The notes under the pieces were generated by a model. The model did not search any database. It was not told the origin of the DNA and was given only the letters and a program-made list of their open reading frames with translations. A stretch of DNA of 64,000 bases from Eutreptiella sp. 'Long Island Sound 2002' (Eukaryota; Protista; Euglenida): NCBI GenBank assembly GCA_964036045.1, contig OZ038379.1, positions 66,836,001 to 66,900,000 on the forward strand, read 5' to 3'. Within the stretch, counting starts at the first letter, position 1, and each line of letters starts with the position of its first letter. Both the position numbers and the translations under genes were made by a program. Below, one piece after another: positions 11,298-25,000 of this stretch.

Positions 11298-12930
11298 GCG
11301 TCCAGGCACAATGTGCCGGTGAATAAAGCAAGAAGGGCAACTACAGTGCTCTAAGGATGCACAACAGCAACCTTGTGACAGCAATGCCATGATGGGTACT
11401 CCAAGAAAGAGACGGTTGCAATCGGCGCACTAAACTCCACCTTCTTGTCCAATGAGTTGATAATGCGTTCTAGCAAGATGGCTTCCTTGTCCCCTGGTCG
11501 TGCAAACTTCGTGGCGTCCATTTTGTCCACCTCAGGAGTGACTTGGCGACTTGTGCCCAACACATTGGCAATCCTTGCCGCATTCTTGCTACGGCACCCA
11601 ACAACATATTTGGCAACGGCAACTAGCAGGGCGTCACCTCCGAGGAATTGCGCATTCGTGTTGCTAGCATACAGGTAGCCGAAAAGTTTGTTGGTTTCAA
11701 CCACACGTCCATCACAACGATGTGGCATTTCAAACATGGCGAGAACACAAGTCACCTTCTCATCAGTGGGCCCGAATTCACACTCCGAGTCATACATCTT
11801 GATGTTGTACCTTCCTCAAGGGGTATGATACACCACAAACAAATGTGGGCATGTTTCATTGTCCCCTTCGCCCGCCGCGCTTGGCAAGCCAAAACGGCAA
11901 CCACTTTTCCCGCCTGGTGGTTTGCCGCAACTGGCAATGAGACACCGGTCGATTTGAATTTTGCCAAAGACCTCGGAGGCATACCTTTCAATCTCCCGTG
12001 CGGCTTCTTCGGGGTCGTCCGGCAATGGAGGCAAAAGTTGCTTCTTCTCTAGCATATGTGGGGCTTCAACCTTCTGCTTTAGTGTTTCCTCGTCTTCCCG
12101 ATGAATGTGGGCATCCAACGCGGCACATAGTTGTTGATCCAACACTGCAGCAACAGCTTGCACAAGCTTGCTATTCTGCACAACCATCTCCATCAACCAT
12201 GCCATCCCAACAGAGACCATGAAAATGGAGGGAACCTCGGCCTTGGCACTCATAGCATGTGCAATGCGCAACACAGGCAACAAAGATACCCTTGTTTCGA
12301 GCGCACACTGCAGAGTCCTACTTTGTTTGCTTGGCACTAGGAAGACCTAGCAAAACCCCCAAGAAAGCCCGTATTTGTCGTTCAAAAATGCGTTTAGCGG
12401 CCACAGGCGTCTTGGATAATGCCTCTAAACGACGCGACGCCTCGAGCAATGGAATGGGCGCTTCGCGATCACCCATGGACAACATAAAAACCACTCGTTG
12501 TCTATGTGATTGGGTGCAACTGTGTTGAAGAGACTTGGTGGCCCAAAGAACAACATCATACTACTCATCTTCTCCACCACTACATACCGCTCAAAGTACG
12601 AAATGGTATTGCTACATGGCTAGTCCCGAACGAAGGCATGAATGTGTGCACAAGATGTCGCGCTTCTTGGGCCTAGGGAACTGCTTTTGCCTTTTTCAAA
12701 CCCTCTTCAAGGTTGGGCGTGTTGATGGCCATCTCAAGTGCATTCATTCGATTGGCATTGGCATAAATGGAATCCCTAACGCTTCGTAACGTTGTGTGGC
12801 GGAAGTTTTGATTAAAGAACAATAAGCAGAAGTCTCGGGCCTCGGCAAATCGATTGTCATATCGCAACAACAAGTGCTTTGTGTCCCCTTGTGAAATTCC
12901 ACATGCGCGCTTGATACCAGTTTCAAACAT
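11298..12930 (-). pseudogene. Helitron Rep/Helitron_like_N region (copy 1), with stops and frameshifts
   Basis: KHLLLRYDNRFAEARDFCLLFFNQNFRH; SMMLFFGPPSLFNTVAPNHID (~12500-12563); CGKPPGGKSGCRFGLP; LYASNTNAQFLGGD; LEYPSWHCCHK. Confidence 0.8.
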
Positions 12931-13427
12931 AAATCACCAGGGAAATGACAATTTCAAAAGGCGGTCATTTCCTTCACACTTGTTCATGCCTATTTCTACT
13001 CGTTGAACTATACTCTTATGGTAGTCAGCTAGCATTTCGTCGATAGATTGAAGAACTTGTGGCACATCATTTGCATCTCGATTCAATCAAGATTCATCGG
13101 ACAACATAACAACATCCAATGTTACCACACCCTTATCCAAGTCACCTTTTCTTGCAGCAACAATGTCCCCACTTGATTGCTTTTTGGCTGGATGATCACC
13201 AATTGACATGTTGTCAAACACACCATTTGCAAAATCAAGAACTTCGGGAGGCGCAAACTCCAAGATTTCAATGTCGGCATACTCTGGGTTCACACTTCTA
13301 AAACCCTTAGCCATTGCACCAATCGATCCCATGGCGGTGTGAAGATTCACTCCACTCTACTCTACTTGCTCTTTGCAACGTTGATCACGATGCATTGCTT
13401 CCGCATCGGAGCGTGGTTACACAAAAA

Positions 13428-13955
13428 TTACCTTGTACCCAACAGAGCTTCTACATCTAGTAAATGTGCTGCTAGCACTTCCCGTCCATCATGGGATACA
13501 GAAATGGCGTGGCCTCGAGCGCCCCAATGGGATGTTGCACAGCTCTTGGCGGTAACAACCTTCACTATGTTTACCGTTGACCACACTTGTCCCAACATAC
13601 GCTCCTCCGAAACTGGTAACTGTGGTAAATCACATCGCTTACCAAAATGCTTACCACTAACAATGGCATTTTGTGGCATTTGACTTTTCTTGGGATGGAA
13701 AAAAATCCGATGGCATGAAGTAAACAAGTGCACTACACCATTAGATACAAGATCATGGTGCAACCAATATAGCTCAGTGTGGTGTTCATACACCGCAGCA
13801 TATTTGGGATATTGAACCGGAAGTGCATGGTACCATGAACCTTGTTTTGTATCCAATTTTAAACGTTGCAACTTGGAAACTACCACTTCAACAACTTGTT
13901 GCCAATCCGCCACTCCACAACATCCACAACAATTGACGTCCTCGCATGGTCCCAC
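13428..13955 (-). pseudogene. DUF6570-like N-terminal Helitron domain
   Basis: DLPQLPVSEERMLGQVWSTVNIVKV...RGHAISVSHD matches the L..L...EE.L...GH.I.F..D pattern found upstream of Rep in Helitrons. Confidence 0.65.
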
Positions 13956-14164
13956 CTTCTTCTTTCACTCTTTGGCCAAAGCAACCATATGTGCATTGTC
14001 CACCTTGTCATCAAGGATAGCTCGCACCAAGGCCTCCAAAGACTCACAACTCACCAAATTGGCTGCGGGTTGAACTACAAATGTTTGCAGCCCGATTCGC
14101 TCCCAAAACTATCTCACGGTGCAGGGCAAAGGGGTGGTATTGTGGCTTTAAAGCATGGTAAGCA

Positions 14165-14345
14165 ATGGGCAGGACAAGGGGTCTCCAAGAAGGACGAACA
14201 ACGGGTGGGCAAGCGGGTTCCAAGGACGACAAACAAACGGCGGGGCAAGCCAGACCTGTAGAAGTCAAGCAGCGTGCACGGCTCGTCGGGGGGCAAGTGG
14301 GCTCCAAAGTGGACAAGACGCGGGCACGGCAAGTTGGGGCCGTGT
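14165..14345 (-). repeat. 36-bp minisatellite at the 5' side of Helitron copy 1
   Basis: Reverse-complement copies of gcttgtcctccttggagcccgcttgccccgcccg. Confidence 0.85.
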
Positions 14346-14499
14346 GGCTCACTTTGAATTGCGCACGTGGACCCTTGGCAAGCGACTCAACAAAAGGCAT
14401 TCGTCACACGGGGGAGGAATGCGATGAGGTGGAGCCTGCCGGATCTCTTGCGGATGAAGAAGAGCAATCTACGTTGCAATATGCTACAGGCCCATCACC

Positions 14500-14945
14500 A
14501 GATGAGTTGCGGCAAGTTGTCCTCCTTGGATTCCGCCTGCCCCGCACGTTGATTGTCCTCCTGGGAGCCCGCTTGCCCCGTCCGCTGCTGGTCCCCCTAG
14601 GCTCCCGCTTGCCCCGCCTGTTGCTTGTCCTCCTTGAAGCCCACTTGCCCCGCCCGCCGCTTGTCCTCCTTGGAGCCCGCTTGCCCTGCCCGTTGCTTGT
14701 CCCCCTTGGAGCTCGCTCGCCTCGCCAGCTGCTTGTCCTCCCTGGAGCCCGCTTGCCGTGCACGTTGCTTGTCCTCCTTTGAAGCCATAAAAGCACGCGT
14801 GTGCCCCGCCCGTTGCTTGCTCTTGTGGGAGCCCGCTTGCCCCGCCCGCTACTTGTCCTCGTTGCAAACCAGAACACCAGCCGTTTGCTCCCACGTTGCT
14901 TGTCCTTCTTGGACCTCGCATGCCCCCTGCTTGTCCTTCTTGGAA
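14500..14945 (+). repeat. 36-bp minisatellite (~12 units) at the 5' side of Helitron copy 3
   Basis: Tandem cttgtcctccttggagcccgcttgccccgcccgttg units; 12-aa period (LLVLLGARLPRP) in translations. Confidence 0.9.
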
Positions 14946-15931
14946 CCGTCTCCTTGTTGGGGTATCCCTCCTGGCATTGCTCTCACAAGTTTGCAGTTAT
15001 GCATCCTTGGAGCACTGTAACCGCCCTTCCTGCTCTATTCAGTGGAATGTTAGAAGGTCGAGGCGAGGAGAGTGAAAGTGATGAGCACCATGAAGCAGAC
15101 GTGCGGAATGTTGGTGCCCAATGCGCAATCCATTTCCTCATCTTCGTCAGATGTGGTGGATGATGACCCATTGGCAACATCACATGTTGATATGCAGGCA
15201 TCACAAATGTCAACACATGAGTCTCCAAATGACAATGACACGGTGTCTTCTGAGGATGACGAAGAAGACAACAATACTTTTATGGAATACCTCAGCTCCT
15301 TGACAATGGATGTGGCACAATCGGATGCCTATGCAACATGCCGAGCGCATTTTTGCACTGTGGGTGAAGGATTGGAAGCCAAGCAAATTGCTGCCATCCA
15401 TTAAACTTGTCGTGGGAAGCGGCTTAGGGCCCTTTGCGCTCTTGAGTACTATTGTCCAATCAAAATAGAGCAGCGGCGTGCAACGGACCCTATTCAAGTT
15501 ACTGAAGAAGTCAGTGATGGACGCCCCGAAAATGCCATGTTTGATTTCAATCCCCGGCATGTGCTTGATGATAGCAATTATGTGCAATACCTAGTGTCAC
15601 AATCTAGGTGCCCCATCTTGGCAGGGAAGCGCATGCATGTCTCGCCCGGTGTGGATGGTAGTGCTCGCACAAGGAAGGCATGGGCCAAGTTTGTCATGTG
15701 CAATCTGGTTCCTTGGGATATCGAACAGCCGCCCCAAATCACTTGGAACGATTATTTGTAATGGGAGGAACATTGCAACACTGCACATGCAAGCTACTTG
15801 GAGCGCAGTCGGCATTCCATGGTTGTCCGGTTGAAAAAGATTGGGCACTACGATCGCTTGCGAAAGTCATTGTTGGATGACATTCGAAAGCGTTGTAGGA
15901 AGATTTGGGGTGTGAGGCACCCATTGGATGT
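14940..15931 (+). pseudogene. Helitron copy 3 fragment (end of Rep plus linker), internally deleted
   Basis: LGTVSLLGYPSWHCSHKFAVMHPW matches 11330-11420 (-); DVAQSDA...LCALEYYC...FDFNPRHVL...SRCPILAGKRM...AWAKFVMCNLVPW matches 4140-4900 (-). Confidence 0.8.
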
Positions 15932-15939
15932 TGAGCTTT

Positions 15940-15970
15940 TGTGAGCTACACATTTTAGCAAGCAACAGCA

Positions 15971-16009
<39 letters not shown>

Positions 16010-19000
16010 CGGTTCAAAAGTCCTTGTTACCACAGCTTGGCTCAAAACCGGCATCCAAGTAGCTCAAAACGACCGCGGAGCAAATGCGAATCACCACAAA
16101 CAAGTTTCGTTGCGTTTTGAGCCGTCTAGCCCGTTCTACGGCCGATTTAGCGTCCAAAAATGGCCGTTTTTGGGCTGTTTTTAGGACGATCGGCCTGAAA
16201 ACTCAGGACGATCGCCGGTGTGTCAAGTGGGCGTTTGCAATGAGGGCCGTTGTTCTTCCATGGCGATTGGGCTATCAAATGATGGCAAATGGGTGTTCAA
16301 TAAGGCATGTACCATGCCGTGGTGCCACACGGTGGTCCATTTCGAGGTGAAAACGAGCCGGTTTTGAGCCATGTCTCAGGACGATCGTCCTGACCGTGGA
16401 GGCACATCTCGAAAGCAAGCGGTCTTTCTTCAACGGTGGTCTCCAATGCGTTACGCAAGACTAGGACCCAGCTCGGTCCTAGTTCGAGTCTTTATAGCAA
16501 GCAACGCAAGGAGCAACAACAGCAGCAAGCAAGCGGTCCAAAAGTCCTTGCGACCACACGGTGGCTCAAAATCGGCATTCAAGTAGCTGAAAACGACCGG
16601 AGAGCAAAGGCGCATCACCACAAACAGGTTTTGTGCCGTTTTGAACCGTCTAGCCCGATCTAGGGCCGATTTACTGTCCAAAAATTTCCGTTTTAGGGCT
16701 GTTTTCAGGACAATCATCCTCAAAACTCAAGACGATCGTTGGTCTGCCGCGTAGGTGCTTCCAATGAGGCCCGTTGTTCTTCCATAGTGATTGGGCCACC
16801 AAAAGAATGCAAATGGGTGGGGAATAAGGCGTGCCCCATGCCGTGGTGCCACGGGGTGGGCAATTTCGAGGAAAAAACAAGCCGTTTGAGCCATTTTTCA
16901 AGACAATCGTAGTGATCGTGGAGGAATATTTGCAAAGCAAGCGGGCTTTGCTCCACGGTGATTTCCAATGCGTTAACCAAAACTAGGACCCAGTTCGGTC
17001 CTAGTTCGATTCTTGATCTTTCTTCAACGGTGATTTCCAATGCGTTACACAAGACTAGGACCCAGTTCCTAGTTCGAGTCTCAATTACCGAGCTGGTTTT
17101 ACCGTGTCGAGGTTTTACACCACCTTTTAGGGTCCAAGGATGAGCAACAAATTTTAGCAAGCAGCAAGCAGCAGCAGCAGCAGCAACAACATCAGCAACA
17201 ACAGGCGATCCAAAAGTCCTTGCGATGACACCGTGGCTCGAAACCGGCATCCAAGTAGCTCAGAAAGACCAGGGAACCAATGCGCATCACCACAAACAAG
17301 TTTCGTGGCAATTTAAGATGTCTAGCCGGTTTTATGGCCGATTTAGTGACCACAAACGGCAGTTTTCGAGCCTTTTTCAGGACGATGGGCCTGAAAACTC
17401 AGGACGATCGTTGGTTTTGTCCTGTAGGTGTTTCCAATGAGGGCCGTTATTCTTCCACGGCGATTAGACAGTCAAATCGTTTTTGGTTACCGAGCTGGGT
17501 CTACCCTGTAGAGGTTTTACACCCCTTCTTAGGGTCCAAGGATGAGCAACACGTTTTAGCAAGCAGCAGCAAGTAACAGCAGCAGCAGCAAGCAAGCAGG
17601 CGCTCCAAAAGTCCCCGCGTCCACACCGTGGCTCAAAAACGGGCATCCAAGTAGCTCAGAACGACCGGGGAGCAAACGTGCAACACCACAGACAAGTTTC
17701 AAGCCGTCTGGCCTGTTCCATTCGTCAATCGATTTAGTGTCCAAAAATGGCCGTTTTCAGGCTGTTTTCAGGACGATCGTCCTGAAAGCTCGGGACGATC
17801 GTTGGTCTGCCGCGCAGGTGCTTCCAATGAGGGCCGTTTTTCTTCCATAGTGATTGGGGCATCAAAAGGTTGCAAATGGGTGAGGAATAAGGCGTGTGCC
17901 ATACCGTGGTGCCACGGGGTGGGCGGTTTTGAGGTGAAATCAACCGGTTTGTGACCCATGTTTCAGGATGATCGTCCTAACTGTTGAGGAACATCTGCAA
18001 AGCAACCGGGCTTTGCTCCACGATGATTTCCAATGTGTTAAGCAAGACTAGGACCCAGCTCGGTCCTAGTCTTTAGTCTTGATTACCGAGCTGGGTTTAC
18101 CATGTAGAAGTTTTACACCACCTTTCAGGGACCAAGGGTGAGCAACACATTTTAGCAAGCAGCAAGCAGCAGCAGAAGCAGCAGCAGCAGCAAGCAGCAA
18201 CAGCACCAACAGGGGATCCAAAATTCCTTGCGACGACACCGTGGCTCAAAACCGGCATCCAAGTAGCTCAAAACGACCGGGTAGCAAATGCGCATCACCA
18301 CAAGCAAGTTTCGTGGCACTTCAAGCTGCTTAGCCTGTTCTATGGCCAATTTAGTGTCCAAAAACAGCCATCTTTGAGCCGTTTTCAGGACGATCGTCTT
18401 GAAATTTCACGTTGATCTTTGGTTTGTCCCGTAGGAGTTTCCAATGAGGGCCGTTGTTCTTCCACAGCGATTAGACAATCAAATCGTTGCAAATTGGTGT
18501 TGGAGAAGGCGTCTTCCACACCGTGGTGTCTTCACGCGGTCCATTTGGGGTGCAGAATGGGCGTTCTTGAGGTACTGTTCAAGAGCACGGAGCACGCAGC
18601 AACAAGGGATCCAAAAGTACTTGCGACGACACCGGGGCTCAAACGGACGATCGTGGAGGCACATCTCGAAAGCAAGCAGTCTTTCCTCAACGGTGATCTC
18701 CAATGTGTTACGCAAGACTAGGACGCAGCTCCGTCCTAGTTCGAGTCTTGATTACCGAGCCCGGTTTGCCCTGTCGAGGTTTTACACCACCTTTTGGGGG
18801 CCAAGGGTGAGCAACGCGTTTTAGCAGCAGCAAGCAGCCAGCAGCAGCAGGCGGTCCAAAAGTCCTTGCGACCACACCGCGGCTCAAAACCGGCATCCAA
18901 GTAGCCCAAAACGACCGGGGACCAAACGCGCACCACCACAAATAGGTTTCGTGCGGTTTCACGCCGTCGAGCCCGCTCTCTTTTGAGCCGTTTAAAGGAC

Positions 19001-22000
19001 AATCGTTGATTGATCGTTCATTTGTCCAGTAGGCAATTCCAATCAACGCCGTCGTTTCCCCACAACAATTAGACATTCAAAAGAGGTCAAATGGGTGATG
19101 AAGAAGCCGTCTTCCACACCGTCGTCTCTTCACGATCTGGGTTTACCCTTTCGAGGTTTTGCACCACTTTTTAGGGTCCCAGAGTGAGCAATACATTTTA
19201 GCAAGCAGCAGGCAGCATCAGCAAGCAACAACAAGCAAGCAGGCAGGCGGTCCAAAAGTCCTTGCGACCACACCGTGGCTCAAAACCGGCATCCAAGTGG
19301 TTCAAAACGACCGGGGAGCAAACACTCATCACCACGAACAGGGCTCGTGCTGTTTCGCGTCGTCTAGCCCGTTCTATGGCCGATTTCGTGTCCAAAAATG
19401 GCCGTTTTTCGGCTGTTTTCTGGACGATCGTCCTGAAAGTTCAAGACGATCCTTGGTCTGCCGCGTAGGTGTATCCAATGAGAGCCGATGTTCTTCCATA
19501 GCGATTCGGCCATCAAAGGAATGCAAATGGGTAGGGAATAAGGCTTGTGCCATGCCGTGGCGCCGAGAGGTGGGCGAATTCGAGGTGAAAACAACCCGTT
19601 TTTGAGCCATCTTTCAGGACGATCCTTTGTCCGTGGAGGATCACTTGCAAAGGAAGTGGGGGCTTTCCTCCGCAGTGATTTCCAATCCGTTCACCAAGAC
19701 TAGGACCCAGCTCGGTCCCAGCCATGGGTCTTGATTACCGAGCTGTGTTTACCCTGTTGAGTTTTTACAGCACTTTTTAGGGTCCAAGGGTGAGCAACAG
19801 GTTTTAGCAGCAGCAGCAACAAGCAGCATCAGACGGTCCGAACGTCCTTGCGACCACACATGGGCTCAAAACCGGCATCCAAGTAGCCGAAAACGACCGG
19901 GGAATAAAGCCGCATCACAACAAACAAGTTTCGTGCCGTTTCAAGCTGTCTAGCCCGTTCTACGGCCGATTTACTGTCCAAAAGTGGCCTTTTTGGGGCT
20001 GTTTTCAGGACGATCGTCCTGAAAACTGAGGACGATCGTTGGTTTGCCGCTTAGGTATTTCCAATGAGGGCCGTTGTTCTTCCGAGATGATTACACAATC
20101 AAATGAGTGCAAGTGGGTGATGAAGAAGGCGTTTTCCCCACCGCGGTGTCTTCGAGTGGTCCATTTGCGGTGAAAAATCGGCCTTTTTGAAGTTAGTGTT
20201 CAAGAGCAAGCACCAAGCAGCAACCAGCGATCCAAAAGTCCTTGCAACGGCACCGTGGGTCAAAACCGGCATCCAAGTGGCTCAAAACAACCATGGAGCC
20301 AACACTCATCCCCACAAAAAGGTTCCAATGCATTTCTAATCGTCAGTCAATTTAGTGTCCAAAAATGGCCGTTTTGGGGCTGTCTTCAGGACGATCGTCC
20401 TGAAAACTCAGGACGATCGTTGGTCTGCCACCCCGGTGTTTCCAATGAGGGCCGTTGTTCTTCCATAGCGATTGGGCCATGAAAGGAATGCAAATGGGTG
20501 CGGAATACGGCCTGTCCCATGCCGTGGTGCCACGGGGCGGGCGATTTCCAGGTGAAAAGAAGCCTTTGTGGAGCCATGTTTCAAGACGATGGTAGTGACC
20601 GTGAGGGGACATCTGCACAGCAAGCGGGCTTTGGTCCACGGTGATTTCGAATGTGTTAATCAAGGCTCGAACTAGGAGCGAGCTGGGTCCTAGTGTTGCG
20701 TAACGCATTGGAAATCACCGTTGAAGAAAGACCGCTTGCTATAGAGATGTGCCTCCATGGTTACGGCGATGGTCCTGAAACGCGGCTGGAAAACGGCTCA
20801 TTTTCACCTCAAAATGGACCATTGCATGGCACCACGGCGTGGTACACGCCTTATTGAACACCCATTTGCCATCATTTGATAGCCCAATCGCCATGAAAGA
20901 ACAACGGCCCTCATCGCAAACACCTGCTTGGCGTAGCCGCGATCGTCCTGAACTTTCAGGACGATCGTCTTCAAAACAGCGGAAAACAGCCCAAAAACGG
21001 CCATTTTTGGACACTAAATCGGCCGTAGAACGGGCTAGACGGCTCCAAATGCAACAAATCCGTTTGTGGTGATGCGCCTTGGCTCCCCGTTCGTTTTGAG
21101 CCACTTGGATGCCGGTTTTGAGCCGCGGTGTGGTCGCAAGGATCTTTTGTGCGCCTGCTGCTGCTGCTGCTGCTTGCTGCTGCTGCTTGCTAAAACGTGT
21201 TCCCCAGCCTTGGCCCCTAAAAGGTGGTATAAAACCTCGACAGGGTAAACCCAGCTCGGTAACCAAGACTAGAACCCAGCTTGGTCCTAGTCGAGAGTCT
21301 TGACGCAGCTGGTTTTACCCAGTCGAGGTTTTACACCCCTTCTTAGAGCCCAAAGGTGAACGACACATTTTAGCAGTAGCAGCAGCAAGCAGCAAGCAGC
21401 CAGCAGGAAGCTACAACAACAGCAGGCGGTTAAAAAGTCCATGCAAGGGCACCGTGGCTCAAAACCGGCATCCAAGTTGCTCAAAACAACCTGGGAGCAA
21501 AGGCGCATCACCAAAGACGGTGTTTGTCCTGTTTGGAGCCGTCGAGCCTGTTCCATAGCCGATTTAGTGTCCAAAAACGGCCGTTTTGGGGCTGTTTTCA
21601 GGACAAACGTCATGAAAATTGGGGACGATCGCCGGTGTGCCGAGTACGTGTTTCCAATGACGGCCGTTGTTCTTTCATAGCGATTGGGTTCTAAAATGAT
21701 GGCGAATGGCTGTTCAACAAGACATGTCCCGTGCCGTGGTGCCACACGGTGGTCCATTTTGAGGTGAAAATGAGCCGTTTTGGAGCCGTATTTCAGGACG
21801 ATCGTCCTGAATGTGGGGGTATATCTCTAAAGCACGCAGTCTTTGCTCCACGGTGATTTCCATTGCGTTGCGCAAGACCGGTACCCAGCTCGGTCTTTGT
21901 TTGAGTCTTGATTACCGGGCTGGGTTTACCCTGTTGAGGTTTTACACCCCTTCTTAAGGTCCAAGGGTGAGCAACACATTTTAGCAGCAGCAGCAAGCAA

Positions 22001-25000
22001 GCAGCAGCAGCAAGTTTTTAAACATTCCAACAAATGCGCACCACCACAAACCGGTTTTGTGCCATTTGAGGCGTCTAGCCACTTCTACGGCCGATTTAGT
22101 GTCCAAAAACGGCCATTTTCAAGCCGTTTTAAGGACGATCCTCCTGAAAACCCAGGACGATCATTGGTTTGTCGCGTAGGTGTTTCCAACGAGGGCCGTT
22201 CTTCTTCCATAGAGATTGGGCCATCAAAGGAATGCAAATGGGTGGGGAATAAGGCGTGTGCCATGCCATGGTGCCATGGGGTGGGCAATTTCGAGGTGAA
22301 AACAAGATGGTTTTGAGCCATGTTTCCGCGCGATCGTACTGACCGTGGAGGAACATTTGCAAAGCAAGCGGGCTTTGCTCCACGCTGATTTCCAATGTGT
22401 TAACCATGATCCGGACCCAGCTCGGTCCTAGTCGTGAGTCTTGATTACCGAGCTCGGTTTACCTTGTCGAGGTTTTACAGCACTTTTTAGGGTCCAAGGG
22501 TGAGCAACACATTTTAGCGACAGCAAGCAGCAGCAACAAGCAGCAGCAGCAAGCAACCTCAGGCGGTTAAAAAGTCCTTGCGACCACATGATGGCTCAAA
22601 ACCGACATCCAAGTAGCTCAAAACGACCGGGGCGCAACCACGCATCACCACAAACAACTTTTGTGCCCTTTCGAGCCGTCTAGCCCGTTTTATGGCCGAT
22701 TTCGTGTCCAAAAATGGCTTTTTTGGGGCTGTTTTGAGGACAATTGTCCTGAAAGTTCAGGATAGGCCGGTGTGTCCCGTGGGCGGTTGCAATGAGGGCC
22801 GTTGTTCCTCCATAGGGATTGGGGTACCAAAGGAACGCCAATAGGTGTTCAATAAGGCACGTACCATGCCGTTGCACCACCGTGGTCCATTTTGATGTCA
22901 CAATGAGCCGTTTTTGAGCCGCCATTCAGGGAAATTGTCTTTGTTGTGGCAGCACATCTGCAAAGCAAGCGGCCTTTCCTGCACAGCGATTTCCAATGCG
23001 TTACACAAGACTAGGACCCAGCTCGGTCATAGTTTGAGTCTTGATTACCGAGCTGGGTTTATCCTGTCGAGGTTTTACGATCCCACTTAGGGTCTCAGGG
23101 TGAGGGACACATTTTAGCAAGCAGCAGCAAGCAGCAAGCAGCAAGCAGCAAGCGGTTAAAAAGTCCTTGTCGCCCAGTACGTGGCTCCAAACCGGCACGC
23201 AAGCAGCTCAAAACAACTGTAGAGCAAATGTGAATCACCAACAACAAGTTTCGTTGCATTTTTAGCCGTCTACCTTGTTCTACGGCAGATGTAGAGTCCC
23301 GTTTTTGGGCGTTTTTGAGGAGGATCGTCCTGAAGGTTTAGGATGATCGCCGGTGTGTCCAGTGGGAGTTTTCAACGAGGGCCATTCTTCTCCTATAGCG
23401 ATTGGGCTATCCCAGGAATGCAAACGGGTGTTCAATAAAGCATGTCCCATGCCGTGGTGCCAAACGTTGGTCGATTTTGAGGTGAACACAATGCGTTTTT
23501 GAGCCATGTTTCAAGAACGATTACCCTAACTCTGGCAACATATCTCCAAAACAACCCGGCTTTCTTCCAGGGTGATTTCCAATGTGTTAAGCAAGACTAG
23601 GACCCAGCTCGGTTCTAGTGGGATGTCTTGATTACATAGCTTGGTTTGACCTGTCCAGGTCTTACACCTCATCTTAGGGTCCAATGTGGAGCAACACATT
23701 TCAGCAGCAGCAGCAGCAGCCAGCAGCAAGCAACAAGCAACATGCGGTCCTAAAGTCCTTTTCGTGTACACGGTATCTCACCGCCGGCGTCCAAGGAACT
23801 CAAAACGCCCGGGCAGCAAATGTGCATGACTACAAACAATTTTGGTTCAGTTTTGAGCTGTCTAGCACGTTCTACAACTCATTTAGTGTCCAAATTGGCC
23901 TTTTTTGGGCCGTTTTTAGGACAGTCATCCTAAATTTTCAAGATGATCACCGGTGTGTCAAGTGGGCATTTTCAATGACGGCCATTCTTCTTTGGCAGCA
24001 ATAGGGCTATCACAAGATTGCAGCGGGTGTTCCATAAGGTGTCCTGCATGCCGTGATGCCACAGGGTAGTAGATTTCGGGTTGAAAACAGGCCGTTTTTG
24101 AGCCGTGTGTCAGGGCCATCATCCTTACCGTGGAGGAACATCTCCAAAGTGAGCGGTCTCTCCTCCACGGTGATTCCCAATGCGTTAAACAAGACTAGGA
24201 CCCACCTCCGCTGTAGTCGAACGTCTTGATTTCCGAGCTGGGTTTACCCGGGCGAGAGTTTACCACCCTGTTAGGGTTCAAGGATGAGCAACACATTTTA
24301 GTAGTAACAAGCACCAACAGCAGCAGCAAGTAGCAGCAAGCACGCAGGCACTCAAAAATCCAATTTTCGCGCAGTCCGTGGATTAAGACTGCAAGTCAAG
24401 TAGCTCAAAATGACCACAAGGCAAATGTGCATCACCACAAATAAGTTTTGTGCTAAGTTTCGAACTGTCTAGCATGTTCTATGGCCCATTTACCATCCAA
24501 AATGGCCGTTTTTTGGGATCTTTTCAGGACAATCATCCTAAAAGTTCAGGATGATCGCCCGTGTGTCAAGTGGGCGTTTTTAATGAGGTCCGCCCTTCTT
24601 CGGTAACGATTGGGCTTTCAAAAGAATGCAAATCGGTGTTCAATTAGCGCGTGCACCATCCCGTCGTGCCGCGCAGTGGTCCGTCTTTTAGCCGTGTCTC
24701 AGGAGTATCGTGTTGAACGTGGAGAAACACCTCCAAACCAAGCGTGCTTTCTTCCACATTGATTTGCAATGCGTTAAGCAAGACTAGGACCTAGCTCAGT
24801 CCTAGTGAAAGTGAGCAACACATTTTAGCAGCAGCAACAGCAACATCACGCCGATACAACGTCTCTTCGGTGACACCGTGGCTAAGAACCGGCATCCAAG
24901 TAAGCTCACGAAGACAACACAGCAAATGCGCATCACCACAAACAAGTTTTATGCCATTTCAAGCCATCTAGCCCGTTCTATGGCCCATTTAGTGTCCAAA

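Larger units (their letters stand above)
1..14345 (-). mobile_element. Helitron (Helitron2/Helentron-like) copy 1, decayed, running off the left edge and interrupted by two nested insertions
   Basis: On the minus strand the domains run in canonical RepHel order: DUF6570-like (13.4-13.95 kb), Helitron_like_N/Rep (11.3-12.9 kb), Rep-Hel linker (3.8-4.9 kb), PIF1 helicase (1-1.93 kb). Flanks of the 4942-11297 insert join as consecutive segments when compared with the homologous copy at 14940-15931. Confidence 0.85.
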
